The translations under genes were made by a program, and so were the position numbers. Under the pieces are notes generated by a model that ran no database searches, was not told where the DNA came from, and saw nothing but the letters and a program-made list of their open reading frames with translations. Positions 11,804 to 59,411 of a stretch of DNA of 64,000 bases are shown in pieces (the first letter of the stretch is position 1; each line of letters starts with the position of its first letter). The stretch is from Eledone cirrhosa (Eukaryota): NCBI GenBank assembly GCA_964016885.1, contig OZ024741.1, forward strand, positions 35,154,001 to 35,218,000, given 5' to 3'.

Positions 11804-14126
11804 TAAAGAAACAAGAAGCATTAACGGCCAGAACAATCCAAAACTCAGAAGAATAGGGAGTTTATACCTATGAAAGCTTAGGAAAGATATCAAGGAAAAG
11901 CATGCTAAAGCTAAAAGTGTGCAGTTACAAATATAGACTATAGGGCAAGAAAGCGAGTAACATGTTAAACCTACGTTGAAAGTATAGTATAATACAAATA
12001 CATGAAACACAACATGGTAATATAATGTGAGAATTACAATATGATATAGAATACAATATAATGGATAATAAGGAATAAAAAGCTTAATATATGTATATAT
12101 ATATATATCCATATATATACACATTTACACAAACACATACTAACACTTATTAAGTATTTAAATATAAATATACTCGTTATAATATAAAAAACCTTTATAA
12201 TAGAATAAAATAATCACCCTGACGTTGTGCATAAACAATACAGAAAATAATAGAATAATATACTGACATCAAAAAATATACAAAACTACATCATACATAT
12301 TATTTAAGGTCAATAAATTGTATATAAAGTTTTTCACAGGGTAAGAAAAAATATCATACAAAACTAAAGTATGTTGAAAATATATATATATAAATACATA
12401 AAGTATTGACAATAAATACATAGAGGTATAGGCAGTTTACATTCATAAACTCTAGTACTAATAACATTGAGCATAATAGGAAGAAGCTATATAAATTTTT
12501 TTTAAATTTTAACCTTTCGATCACGATTGATAAGAATGATAGAGCAGTTAACTTTTTAGATGTGACATTAGACTTGGTCACTAATAGTTATAAACCCTTC
12601 CACAAGCCAAATGAGACACTCTCTTACGTTAATACTAATTCCAACCACCCTAAATCTATGATTAGTTCTATAATTAATGGTGTATTTAATAGAATCTCCA
12701 CACTCTCTAAGGATATAGGAATCTTTAATTCACATGCAGAGTATTATAATAATGCCCTAGCTAACTCTGGTTACTCTGGTAGAATACATTATATTCTTAC
12801 CTTTACTATCTCTACCGTTATCTGGTATCTTATTAATAGGATCAGGGTTAATACGAGGAGTAGTTGAAATAACACTATTAGAAGCAGTTAAAACATTACC
12901 ACTGGGTGAACGTTCAGAGCGCCTATCCTGTTCGTTAGAACTAATCTCGAAATGCGTACCAGTAGACTCACTATTACGATTACTATTTCGGTAGCTATAC
13001 TTAGGGTTCGGTTTGGATATATCTATAAGATTTCTATGATTCCTATATTTTCTACTCTTATTCAAGGCCATATTATGGGATATTACGTTATTATGAGTAA
13101 TCGGAGTCATTCCAAGGTTTTCCTCCTTATAATGTATTCTACCAGAGTAACCAGAGTTAGCTAGGGCATTATTATAATACTCTGCATGTGAATTAAAGAT
13201 TCCTATATCCTTAGAGAGTGTGGAGATTCTATTAAATACACCATTAATTATAGAACTAATCATAGATTTAGGGTGGTTGGAATTAGGATTAACGTAAGAG
13301 AGTGTCTCATTTGGCTTGTGGAAGGGTTTATAACTATTAGTGACCAAGTCTAATGTCACATCTAAAAAGTTAACTGCTCTATCATTCTTATCAATCGTGA
13401 TCAAAGGATCAAAGGACTAAAATTTTTAAAAAGTTTATATAGCTTCTTCCTATTATGTTCAATGTTATTAGTGCTAGAGTTTATGAATGTAAACTGCCTA
13501 TACCTCTATGTATTTATTGTCAATACTTTATGTATTTATATATATATTTTTTCAACATACTTTAGTTTTGTATGATATTTTTTCTTACCCTGTGAAAAAC
13601 TTTATATACAATTTATTGACCTTAAATAATATGTATGATGTAGTTTTGTATATTTTTTGATGTCAGTATATTATTCTATTATTTTCTGTATTGTTTATGC
13701 ACAACGTCAGGGTGATTATTTTATTCTATTATAAAGGTTTTTTATATTATAACGAGTATATTTATATTTAAATACTTAATAAGTGTTAGTATGTGTTTGT
13801 GTAAATGTGTATATATATGGATATATATATATATACATATATTAAGCTTTTTATTCCTTATTATCCATTATATTGTATTCTATATCATATTGTAATTCTC
13901 ACATTATATAACCATGTTGTGTTTCATGTATTTGTATTATACTATACTTTCAACGTAGGTTTGACATGTTACTCGCTTTCTTGCCTTATAGTCTATATTT
14001 GTAACTGTACACTTTTAGCTTTAGCATGCTTTTCCTTGATATCTTTCCTAAGCTTTCATAGATATAAACTCCCTATTCTTCTGAGTTTTGGCTTGTTCTG
14101 GCCGTTAATGCTTCTTGTCTCTTTAC

Positions 14127-14172
14127 TTGCCCTGATGAGTCCTTATTAATGGGACGAAACATTGTTGGCTAA
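14127..14172 (+). ncRNA. Minimal hammerhead ribozyme (right arm of the PLE fold-back)
   Basis: GCC-CUGAUGA-GUCC(UUAUUAAUG)GGAC-GAAAC-AUU-GUU^-GGC. Confidence 0.72.
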
Positions 14173-14317
14173 TAAAGACTTTTGATGTATTGAAGGCCTT
14201 TTTGTTTATTTTTTATAATTTTTCGGCTCTGTTATATTACATTGAGCTATATCTTATACTGTCATTTCTATAATACGACGAGTGTGTTTAACTCCAACGC
14301 ACTCTAGTATTTTAATT

Positions 14318-14472
<155 letters not shown>

Positions 14473-14751
14473 ATTTTGGTATGCTTATATACATTTTTTC
14501 TTCTAACTTTGATTTTATACCTAATTGTGTATGGTTGACAATATATTTAATCGATTTCCACGTGCTATTAGAAATGGTGGGTAAATATTCTATAGCTGAA
14601 AATCGCGGATAGATAGCTGTCGTTTATTTATCTATTATTTCTTCATAGGTGCCTTTTAATCTTATAGCCTTGTTTAATTGGTTTTTGATTATGCTGATTG
14701 GGAGAGGAGATGATGTATATATTTTATCCAATGATTCTATGGACATACTTT

Positions 14752-14834
<83 letters not shown>

Positions 14835-16578
14835 GAAAGGTATAGAAATTGTTTTAGCGAGAAGCTAACAGTTCCATAACATATATGCGACTATGTCGTC
14901 AAGATGGGAAAAATAGTTAACGTAAGATGTAGGAAAAATAATTCAAACTCATCTCAAAAGAGAATCAGGATACAAATTCATCCACAGAATTTAGTGAAAT
15001 CCAGGGAAAAATCAATAGACCCTTAACTCATGATAAAATAAAGTTTAAAATACTTATCCTTCAATTTGGAAAAACATCAAATGCTCTGTATAGTCTTAAA
15101 GACTATTTCATGAAAACTTTCAGTGGAGATGGTCACGGTTGGATTTCAATCGTCAGCAGAGCTCAACAGATAACCAGGGCTCCAACAGAATTATAATATA
15201 TATATATATATATTATAGATGATCTAACAATTCACCGCCCAGAACTGGAAATTTATTTTGTTGACTCCAAAAGGATAAAAGGCTAGATTTGAACACAGAG
15301 AACAGAATAAACACCACAAGGAAAAATTGCCAAAGGGGAGAGTTAAAATAAAGTATCAAATACTTTCATAAATATAACTAGGAGCTATAGAAGGGAGGAG
15401 AGAAAGAGATAGGGAGAGTCAGAGAATGTGTGTGTGTGGGAGAGAGAGAGAGAGTGTGTGTGGGGGGGGGGTCTGCGTTTATGAGTGTATATGAGAGCAT
15501 GTGGGGGGAAAAGTGTATGAATGTGTATATATGTGTGTGTGTGTGTGAGAGAGAGAGAAAAAGAGACATTTTTGTTACAACTTAACCCTAGCTTTCTCAG
15601 TGGATGAGAGAAAGTCCGAAGGGTGCCGTCGCCCCCTATAGATGTAACAAATCTCCAGGAGTTGTCACAATTTGTTTTGTTTTTATTTCAATATATTTAT
15701 TGTTTTCACATTTATCATTTAGTATTTAGAAGATCCCAAACACGTGATGTGATGCTCTATATCATGTATTACCCTCCAGACGACTTCTCAAGTTGACGGC
15801 ACATACAGCCGATCATAATATTCCGGTTTGTTTCTTGGTATTGTCCTACTAAATGTATTTTCTGTATTGTGTCTCCCATATTTCCTTTCCGGAATTAGTA
15901 AAACAAGTAATAATTATTCTATAATTATTAGTACTTCTTTCACAGTCTCTGGAAATATAAACTTAAAATTAATTTTTGCAACAGTTAAAAAAACTGCTAT
16001 AGAATGAAAGGGGGATAACTACTGTTCATCCAAGCAAACTTGAAATTTTAATCTATGAGTGTAAACGTTCAAAATATTTCTTCTTCTTCTTCTTCTTCTT
16101 CTTGAGAGATAGATAGAGAGAGAGAGAGAGGGTCGTTGGGGCAGAACCCTCAAACACTCCTTCCAGCAGGTCCTGTCGGAAGCAACCGTTTCCAACTGAT
16201 CCGGCTGGATTCTCAGGCGAGACTAGATAAGCTCAGAGATGTTATTCAACCATATTGCTCGGGGTCTACCACTGGGTCTCCTGTCGGTTGTTTTGGCCCA
16301 TAAAATCTGTCCAGATGCCAACAAAATATCAAGCTTTGAGTAATATAGTTACAAAATCAACAAAAGAAAAAAAATCACAAGTATAGTCCATATTACTATT
16401 TAAACTTTAACTAAATAAATCCGATGAGTGCGGATGCACAAAGCGCATAAATTATAATGGATAGAAATACAATATGAAGATATGTAAGACATTTCATGTG
16501 TCTGACACATATTTTAACAAGATACAGGATTTTGTGAAATTAATAACAAATTCCTCGAATCAATGCTCAGATCATTCC

Positions 16579-18075
16579 TCCAGTGTCATTCCTCTGTTCA
16601 AAAAGGGTGACCGTACATCACCAGTGAAGTATCGTCCAGTCAGGCTTACTAGTTGCATCGCCAAACTGATGGAATCCTGTGTCAGAGAAACACTTTGGAA
16701 CTTCTGGAGCTCTCACAGTCTTATCCGGCCCTCACAATTTGGATTTATCCCCCAACTCCAGCTGCTGTGATCAACTTATAGAGTTTCTTGAGGCCATCAC
16801 CCGGATCACTGATGGCGGCTCATGGGTGGATGTTGTTTACCTTGACTTTGCGAAAGCCTTCAATTCTGTGCCACACAAAAGGCTTATGGCAAAACTCTCT
16901 GCAATGGGTGTGAAGGATGATCTTTTTAACTGGTTGAAGTCCTTCATTCTCAGTCGAAGAGAGGTAGTCACGGTTCTGGGACAGCATTCCTCACCATATG
17001 AGATGTCATCTGGTGTACCACAGGGATCTGTTCTTGGCCCTCTTTTGTTTGTGGCATATATTAATGACATAGATGCCAACTTAAAGAATGCCACGGTACT
17101 AAAGTACGCAGATGACATCAAGCTGTACCTTGAGATAAAAAGGACAGATCCTGAACACTATAGATCTTGCTTGCAGTCTGACCTGGACACAATGCAACAA
17201 TGGATCTCAGACTGGCAACTCAAGCTAGCTGTGGACAAGTGCACCACCATGCATTTTGGGAGTAAAAACCCAGCGTCCACATACTCCCTCCACAGCACTA
17301 ATATCAAGAAGTCTTCTTGTGGACGTGACCTGGGCATTACGGTCAGCAGCGATTTTCGTTGGATGAAGCACGTCTCTAAAATTGTCAAGAGGGCCGAGGG
17401 TATCTTAGCATCACTCAGCAAGACCTTTGTCAGCCGCTCTCCAGATATCTATTTAAGGCTGTACATGGCTATGGTGCGGCCACATTTAGAATTTGCATCA
17501 CCAGTCTGGAACCCCTATCTTGCTCAGAACATTGACCGCCTGGAAACTGTTCAGAGACGTGCAACCAAGCGAATACCCTCCATCAGGCATCTACCATACT
17601 CTGAGCGTCTTGCTTCCCTGGGCATGGATACATTGAAGCTCCGACGTCTGGCAACTGACTTGGTAAACACCCACAAAATTGTTAACCATCTTGCCAACAA
17701 CAACTCTGAGTACCTTTTTGATTTCCATGTGTCTAACACACGTGGACATGCCAACAGAGTCAGAAAACAGCACAGCTCCCATGACTTTTGGAAACATTTT
17801 TTCGCGCTCAGAGTTGCTGAAGCATGGAACAAACTACCTGCATCAGTTGTTAGCTGCAGAGCCACTGCATCCTTTAAAACCTCCATGCTTCCTTAAATTC
17901 GCCAACACTACACCTGATTTCCCCCCTCCATACACATACACACATGTATACCATGACTCATACACTATTCACTTCCCTGACATTTGTGTATTATTCTATG
18001 TACTATACATACACCTTTGACGAGTTGTAGTGCACCTGAGCACTTTACACAATAATTTCATTATTATTATTAATA
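16579..18075 (+). mobile_element. 5'-truncated CR1/Jockey-group LINE (RT region and 3' end)
   Basis: YRPVRLTS, QFGF, DFAKAF, GVPQGSVLGP, YADD, VRPHLEFASPVWNP; 3' UTR ending in (ATT)n. Confidence 0.92.
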
Positions 18076-18972
18076 ATTGTTTCTACTTTTTGGCACAAGG
18101 CCAGTAATTACCCAGTACATTACTGGTACTTTACTTTATCAACTCCGTAAGGATGAAAGGTAAAGTTAACCTCGGCTGGATTTGAATTCAGAACTCGAAG
18201 GGGCGCAATTCGGTGCCCCAAAGCATGGTGTTCGACGCTCTACCGATACAGCCAATCCACTGTACTAATAATTGTTTCTACTTTTGGCACGAGGCCAGCA
18301 ATTATCCCAGTACATTACTGGTGCTTTGTTTTATCTACCCCATAAGGATGAAAATCAAAGTTAACCTCGGTGGGATTTGAAATCAGACCGTAAAGGGGCG
18401 CAACTCTATGCTATACAAAGCATGGCGCCCGACCTTCTACCGATATTGCCAACCCACCGTACTAATAATGCAGCTTGAGTGAGATTTTTCACTATTTCCA
18501 TTTTTCATATTGTTTAAACTTGTAAGACAAATAAAATGTATTGAATTTCTTCGTCTTGGATTTCTATCCATTATTATTTATGGGCGGTGAATTGGCAGTA
18601 TCGGTCGAGGGTCGGACACCATGCTTTGACGCATAGAGTTACGGCCCTTGCCATTCTGAGTTCAAATCCCGCTGAGGTTAACTTTGCCTTTCATCCTTAC
18701 GGGGTCGATAAAATAAAGTACCAGTAATGTACTGTGTAATTGCTGGCCTTGTGCCAATAGTAGAAACAATTATTTTAGGGTGGTTGATTGGCAGTATCAA
18801 TAGAGGGTCGGACGCCATGCTTTGCAGTATAGAGTTACGGACCTTTACGTTCTGGGTTCAAATCCTGGTACGGTTATCTTTGCCTTTCATCCTTACGGGG
18901 TCGATAAAATAAAGCACCAGTAATGCACTGAAATAATTGCTGGCCTTGTGCCAAAAGTAGAAACAATTATTT
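18075..18972. mobile_element. Cluster of four tRNA-derived SINEs with a Deu/Nin-like core
   Basis: ~190-bp units: two on - (18075-18465) and two on + (18582-18972); B-box GAGTTCAAATCCC, core CTTTCATCCTTACGGGGTCGATAAAAT...GTACCAG. Confidence 0.85.
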
Positions 18973-19389
18973 TATTTTAATCTATAAACTTCTGACGCGC
19001 TCTCTACTGTGTTGCTGTGGCGCTTGTATTAAAAGTTATAAATATTAATATCAGATGAAACGTATTTCACTGTTTAATTTCATTCCCAACGCTACAGGAT
19101 TCAAATCCAGACAGGATCAACTCAGCATTTCATCTCTCTTTTATTGATAAAGTACACTGCTTCACAAATCCCCACCCTCCCACTCGCCGCAAAATTTCTC
19201 CAAAATTAATTGTTATTGTACATTTACTTTGTTAATTGTCTTCACAAAATAAAGCTTCTATTTCATATGTACCAATAACATAATAAAGTCGCTTTAACTG
19301 GCCTTATATCTCTGCTACACACTACTTTTAAATGTCTCCTTTTTTTTTTAAATTGGAATTATCACTCTCAATGGCCATTGCTTAGGTGC

Positions 19390-21035
19390 CTTTCCAGAGA
19401 TGCAGGCCACTCGACACACACGAGTCAACCAGAGACTACCTTCTCTATTTAATGCTTTTAACATCTCAGGCGGAATTTCATCCTCTTAAGTGATCTTATC
19501 ACATTTGAGTTCTAGTCAAGTATCTGCATTGAGGATAACTTACAACCAGCCCTGACAGTAAGGTGTTCTGGAAATATGTACGCTCAAAGCAGAAGCCGCA
19601 CTCTCCAGTTGGTCCTCTTCGCAATCCCCACTCAAGCCAGATTACTAACGACCCCAAGGAATGCGCAGAACTCATTGATGAATGCTATGCTGGCATGGCA
19701 TTTTCACTGTTGAAGACCAAAATGTACCATCTCCACCACCTCTGACACCAAATTCTATAACAAATACGGCAACCTATGGCAAAACTCTCTGCAATGGGTG
19801 TGAAGGGTGATCTTTTTAACTGGTTGAAGTCCTTCATTCTCAGTCGAAGAGAGGTAGTCACGGTTCTAAGACAGCATTCCTCCCCGTATGAGATGTCATC
19901 TGGTGTACCATAGGGATCTGTTCTTGGTCCCCTTTTATTTGTTGCATATATTAATGACATAGATGCCAACTTAAAGAATGCCACATTGCTGAAATATGCA
20001 GATAACATCAAGCTGTACCTTGAGATAAAAAAGACAGATCCTGGACTCTATAGTAGAGTAGCGGTTGGCTGAACTGAGCCAAACAACGTACAGAGAATGA
20101 ATTCAAGAGCCATCAGAATGTATAGTGACCTACAGATCTTTCCTGCAATCAGACCTGGACACAATGCAGCAATGGATCACGGACTGGCAACTCAAGCTGG
20201 CTGTGGACAAATGTACCACCATGCATTTTTGGGGAGGAAAAACCCAGCGTCCACATACTCCCTCCACAACACTAATATCAAGAAGTCTTCTTGTGAACGT
20301 GACCTGGGCATTACTGTCAGCAGCGATTTGCGTTGGATGAAGCACGTCTCTAAAATTGTCAAGAGGGCCGAGGGTATCTTAGCATCACTCAGCAAGACCT
20401 TTGTCAGCCGCTCTCCAGATATCTATTTAAAGCTGTATATAGCTATGGTGCGGCCACACTTAGAATTTGCATCACCAGTCTGGAACCCCTATCTTGCTCA
20501 GAACATTGACCTCCTGGAAACTGTTCAGAGACGTGCAACCAAGCGAATACCCTCCATCAGGCATCTACCATACTCTGAGCGCCTTCCTTCCCTGGGCATG
20601 GATACATTGAAGCTCCGACGTCTGGCAACTGACTTGTTAAGCGCCCACAAAATTATTAACCATCATGCCAACAACCCTGAGCACCTTTTTGATTTCCATG
20701 TGTCTAACACACGTGGACATGCCAACAGAGTCAGAAAACAGCACAGCTCCCATGACTTTCGGAAACATTTTTTCGCGCTCAGAGTTGCTGAAGCATGGAA
20801 CAAACTACCTGCATCAGTTGTTAGCTGCAGAGCCACTGCATCCTTTAAAACCTCCATGCTTCCTTAAATTCGCCAACACTACACCTGATTTCCCCCCTCC
20901 ATACATACGCCCACTGACTCATATACTGTTCATTCATTTTCCTGACATTTGTACATTATTCTATGTACTATACATGCACCTTTGATGAGTTGTAGTGCAC
21001 CTGAGCACTGTAGACAATAATTTCATTATTATTAT
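19390..21035 (+). mobile_element. Second, rearranged copy of the same CR1-like LINE
   Basis: Closely similar to 16880-18070 from 19773 onward; internal deletion near 19770, ~75-bp insertion near 20055-20130, in-frame stop; (ATT)n tail. Confidence 0.9.
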
Positions 21036-21918
21036 TTTTTTATTTTTTATTCTCACTATAGAAGGAGGTACTGAAAAGAATCACACGTATTACCTCCCCT
21101 TCCTTTTATTTAGCCATTAAAAAAGATTTTACAGTATTTAATTGTAGCTTTACGTTCGGAAACTAAATCTGACTGTAGTGGACATTGCTTTTCAGTCTTT
21201 CTAAGTACCAATGGTATATGCGACTCATTGAACGAATCGTTAAAAGCTAATGTGTCCTTTAATATTTTTTCAAAGGATGGTAGCGTGAGATTTGTGGAAA
21301 TGTGGTATCACTCTGTATAAGTTCATAAATGTTGTTACGTTAATGAAATTAAAAAGTGGCATTTGAATTTGAGAATAAATGTTTTGTTTTGAAATTTATT
21401 GTCTTATTCTCTTCTAGTATTTCGTGAAAATGTTTATATGAATGATGCATTTTGTAATAGTTTTGATTGTTGGGGAATTCAAAAGATGCCCGAGCGTTGT
21501 CGAAAGTAATGTTAACCAGTGATTGGATATCTGGAAATATTTAATTTTGGGTTACTAGTCTGTATAGACCATTGATTTTATAGTCGTCAAAAAAGAGCTG
21601 GGTCCTTAACACTTTATTATAAATTCCATTCTAAAATTAAATTAAAACTGTCAAAATGCAAAAAATATACCTAAGTCTTAATAGAAATTACGAAATAATA
21701 TATTGAAGGTGTGTAAGCTTTGAATATATATCATCGATAAATAAATAATAGAGGATGTGGAATATAGGAAATAATATTATTAAGAAATATATTTATTAAA
21801 AAAAATACACGATTAAAAATCATTATACAGAGAGAGAAAATAAATGTAGAAAGCACTGTCAACTGGAATAATTTTTCAATCGGAATTTATTTTCTATTTA
21901 CACCGTATTGCTGTCAAC

Positions 21919-32510
<10,592 letters not shown>

Positions 32511-32727
32511 GAAGAGAGCTTAAAAACTTTGGTTAAGGGGAGCCTGTGTATGAGAATTATGCATGTGTGTATGTATGTGTGTAATCAATATGAACCAGAA
32601 CAAAAAAAAAATAGCTTAAATATAATAATCTCCCCCCCCCCCCTCTCTATATATATATAAAAACAAGCAAATTATAAACGTAAACATGTATGTTTTTGAA
32701 ACTGTGCACGAGTTTGAAATTAGAAAC

Positions 32728-32955
32728 TATAAGCTTTCACCATATTTTAGACTAAAAAAATTCCTAGCCTGGTAGTGGGGCTTATAACCCTCGGAGAAAT
32801 GGAAAAAGATGAGTGTTGCCGTACACGGCAACACTCATCTTTTTCCATTTCTCCGAGGGTTATAAACCCCACTATCAGTCTTTTTCCATTTCTCCGAGGG
32901 TTATAAACCCCACTATCAGTCTTGAAATTTCTTTAGTCTAAAATACAGTGAAAGC

Positions 32956-32960
<5 letters not shown>
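32728..32960. repeat. Fold-back hairpin downstream of the TRAPPC5 stop
   Basis: ~40-bp perfect arms centred on 32823-32824, imperfect outer arms, and a 41-bp tandem duplication in the right arm. Confidence 0.85.
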
Positions 32961-32994
<34 letters not shown>

Positions 32995-33812
32995 TGTGTG
33001 TGTGTCCTTATTTATTATTCTCTAAAAAATTATTATTCTCCAAATGATACTAAAAACATTTCAGAAATAATTTGATAGACAAAAACTACACAAGCCCATC
33101 ATATGTGTGTATGTATGTGTTTATGTCCTGTAATTTTGCAGTTCAACAAAAAAAAAAAATCAATGAGTTCTGGGGTCAATATAATTGACTAAATCCATTT
33201 AATGTTTGAAACCAGTAAAGGAATAAAATAATATACCCAATTAATGAGTTGTTTAAATTTTATAGTTAAACATTAATTTCTAATCTCTGAAGTATCTCCC
33301 ATCATGCTGAGAGACATTTGTTGGAAGGAACGTTTCTGTCTTTAGATGTTACATTTACTTTGTCACCTGGTTCTTTCATGCCTTTAACAGAATTTGCTCC
33401 AATGCAAGTATTGCTTGGAGGCCCTGAAAACAGTCATGAGCACTGTCATTCTTCTTCTAATCAGTTATATATATCTTTTCTTTTAAAGATACATTTGTAT
33501 TGATTTCAGAACAGGCTAGATAGTAAACTCAATTTCTTTTGCCCTGAATGAAAGATGATAAGAATAGAGAGGACTTTTTTTTACCATGCAAGGCAGCCTT
33601 TCCAGTGCTGGTGCCATGATAAAATTCACCCAGTACACTCTGTAAATTGTTAAGAAAGATATCCAACCATAGAAACTATGCCAAAAATTAGAACGCATGA
33701 GTGAGACATGGCCCCCTCAACCCATCCATGAGGGTATTAACTAACAATCCAGCATAGAAAGAAGACATAAAATGATAGTGGTGAAAATGATGAAGATGAA
33801 TGCTGTAAAATA

Positions 33813-33969
33813 CGAGGGTTAGCTGAAAAGTTCATAGGCTGACCAAGATACTCTTATTGAATGACCAAATGAGGTTTATTTTTCAACATAGTCCCTGGAA
33901 AGAAACAATGCAGTTATTAATAAGAAGAGTTGAAATTAATGCATGCAAGATTTCACAGCATCACCCTCA
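33813..33969. mobile_element. Mariner-like MITE
   Basis: TA|CGAGGGTTAGCTGAAAAGTT ... TTTCACAGCATCACCCTCA|TA. Confidence 0.55.
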
Positions 33970-34766
33970 TATATTTTTAGAGAGAAAAAAGTTTTGAATA
34001 ATATCAACAGTTTTTTTATTGTTTCAATGCATCTATGAGTTTTATATTAAACGGATGCTAATTTTAACAAAAAACTATTCAGATAAAATAGACAGCAGAA
34101 GATAATCTCTATTTTTTACCTTTAAACTTAACTGCTGCTAAAATATCTTGAATACAATAGTCCAGTTCTTCCTTTCTCATTCATTAGAATATTAACATCA
34201 TACGAAGATATTAACTATATGTAATGAAATAATAATATACAATATTGGTTTGAACGAAAATTCAAACTACCCTTTGTGTTGTAAGAGGTAACTAAGAGAA
34301 TTGGTGCCATGATGACTATAAAGTCTCATGGGGCCTACAAAGTAAACACATACTTTAGAAGTAAAAATAACTAAAACGTTAAAAGTTAGATCCCTTTCTT
34401 TCATTATTTCAATATTAACATCATATGAAAACATTAACTATATGTAATGAAATAATATACAATATTGGTTTGAAAGAAATCCAGCAATTTGCTAGAGTTT
34501 CATTTTTTCTTTTCCATCTCTTATTTTTAGAGAGAACCATATGGAAGCATTAACATTTTTTTTACTGTTTGTAAATCTTCACTTTCCAAAAGAAACAGTG
34601 TAACAAGATAAAAAGTCAGTTTAACAAGGGACAATGGTGGGGAAATGAGATTTAAAGTCTGTTTTTGTTTTTAAAAACAAATTGTTTGAACCGAAAAAAA
34701 AAAGTGAGAGTAAAATACAAGGGATGGTTACATTTGCTGTCAGTTTCTAAAACATTGGTTATAATT

Positions 34767-57455
<22,689 letters not shown>

Positions 57456-58504
57456 AGCTAGACCTTTTGTAGTAGCTTCACTGAGAATCAATCTTTAAAT
57501 AAAGAGCTACAAATAAAAAATGAAAATAAAAATAAATAAAAAAAGAACATAAATTCTCTTATTCTTTTACTGGTTTCAGTCATTTGACAGTGTCTATGCT
57601 GGTACACCACCTACAAGAGATTTAGTAGATCATATCAACCTCAGAACTTTATTTTTTTCGTGTCTGGTACTTATTTTCTATCATTCCATTTTATCAAATG
57701 ATCAGTTATGGTACGTAAGCAAGCATTAAACATAAACAGACATTCAGTGAGTTTTACATCAACAACACAATACCAGTATACATTTGTGTCAAAGAACACC
57801 TCAGAACACATGAATTACCGTTTGAGAAACACATAGATATGTGTAAGAACACAAATAAGGATATAAATAACAGTTACTATCGAAGCCATAGATAGGAATA
57901 CTGGCAATCTTAAAATCAAAGAATCTATTTTAATAGTCAAACTCAAACACCAAATCAACAACAAACTAAAACTCAACACCCAGTGGCTAACATAAACATA
58001 CCCACTACCATACTTCACTCCACTTCAAATATAAATACAAGCCTAGTTGGAAATCGTCTTTTATTCACAGATGTATAAAAATATAATATAATGCTTACAG
58101 AATGAAAACACACACATAATATATACAAATATAAAAGAGAGATTAAAAAAACAACATAAGGAGTGGCAGCATTGCTTTGGGTGATGGCAAGGCTAAGGCA
58201 CTGAAACAACCAGGCGTCCTCACCCTAGTTTAGATGAGAAAATAATTTAGATCAGATACCATGTGATCCATTCACTACTTTCAGCATTGGAAATAAAACA
58301 ACACTGCTTTCAAACTTCAAAAGTGGCTGCCTAAGAGCAACAAAAAATATACATCTCCAAATTAATTTCTTCAATTAATCTTTTGCTGGAGGGACTTTAT
58401 ACCAAAATAAACAACATCCCAACATCATTGTTATTATATTTTTAACAATTAATATCCATCCAATTCACATTCTGGTAGCCTTCAAATAAAACACTATCTT
58501 AATA

Positions 58505-58905
58505 AAAGGAACTAAATCCACTCTGTAAATGTGGTTGGCATTAGGAAAGGCACCCAGCTGTAGAAACCAAGCCAGAAATGGTTGTGTGTGAGTAAGACAC
58601 AGTCATCTGATCTGCCTTGTCTCACAACAGGACAACACGTCTAACCCATACTAACAAGGAAAATGGACGTTAAACAGTGATGTTGATGTGTGTATGTACA
58701 TATACACATGTGTGTAAATATATATATATATATAAAGTTGCAGTAGAAGTAGACCAAGGAAGACCTGGATGAAGGTGGTGAGAGCTGATCTCAAATCGCT
58801 GAAACTCACATGAGATGACGAAGGAACACGTGTGGAGAAATGCTGAAAAAGACCCATCCATCACGTGCAAGCATGGAAAAACAGACGTAAAACAACGATG
58901 ATGAT
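58505..58905 (+). mobile_element. RTE/SINE 3' fragments
   Basis: AGGAAAGGCACCCAGCTGTAGAAA module, RPRKTW remnant and (GAT)n tails. Confidence 0.6.
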
Positions 58906-59411
58906 ATATATAATTTTGATTTTTGGTATAACAGCATTTTAGAACATCGACCCCACCCCACCACCACCTTTTATCTTATATTTGTATTCTATGAAATTTA
59001 GAACATTTTTGACATATCAAAGTGTTCATGTGACAGAGGAACAAAACGCCTGTACAGTTATTATAATATAGATTTGGAATAATGCCACTCAATGTTTTGT
59101 GTTTATAAGGACACATCTGAATGAATGCCTGTAGTAATTATTCCTAATTAGTAAAGCTAGTACTATTTTTTTTCTAATTATACCTTACACATGTTGGGAT
59201 GGTCACTCATCTAAGATCGAGTCTTGACTTCATGGCAGAGTAACCTCATATTGGATTCCTACTAACACAGATCTCACGTAGTTCTACACTGACATGTATA
59301 AATCAATAAAAACAAGCATACATCACATGCAACCACCTGCCCCATTTCTCTCAACTTTACGAATACTGGGATTTGTATCTATGTAAGAAATCAATATATA
59401 TATATATATAT

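Noticed and set aside
11780-14149. Twin 114-aa hydrophobic ORFs at 11780..12124 and 13805..14149
   Set aside because: They lie in the AT-rich non-coding arms of the PLE palindrome; the duplication explains their identity and base composition explains their hydrophobicity.
14832-15195. Coding-looking stretch between TA tracts
   Set aside because: No recognisable motif or splice context; probably a TE fragment, but it cannot be assigned without a search.
16415-16455. CCGATGA-GTGC(GGAT)GCAC-AAAGCGCATA hammerhead-like sequence
   Set aside because: Both core boxes are mutated; at most a dead relic.
18582-18972. tRNA genes or a CRISPR-like repeat array
   Set aside because: The A/B-box heads belong to SINEs and do not form complete cloverleaves; the units are ~190-bp dispersed repeats without unique spacers.
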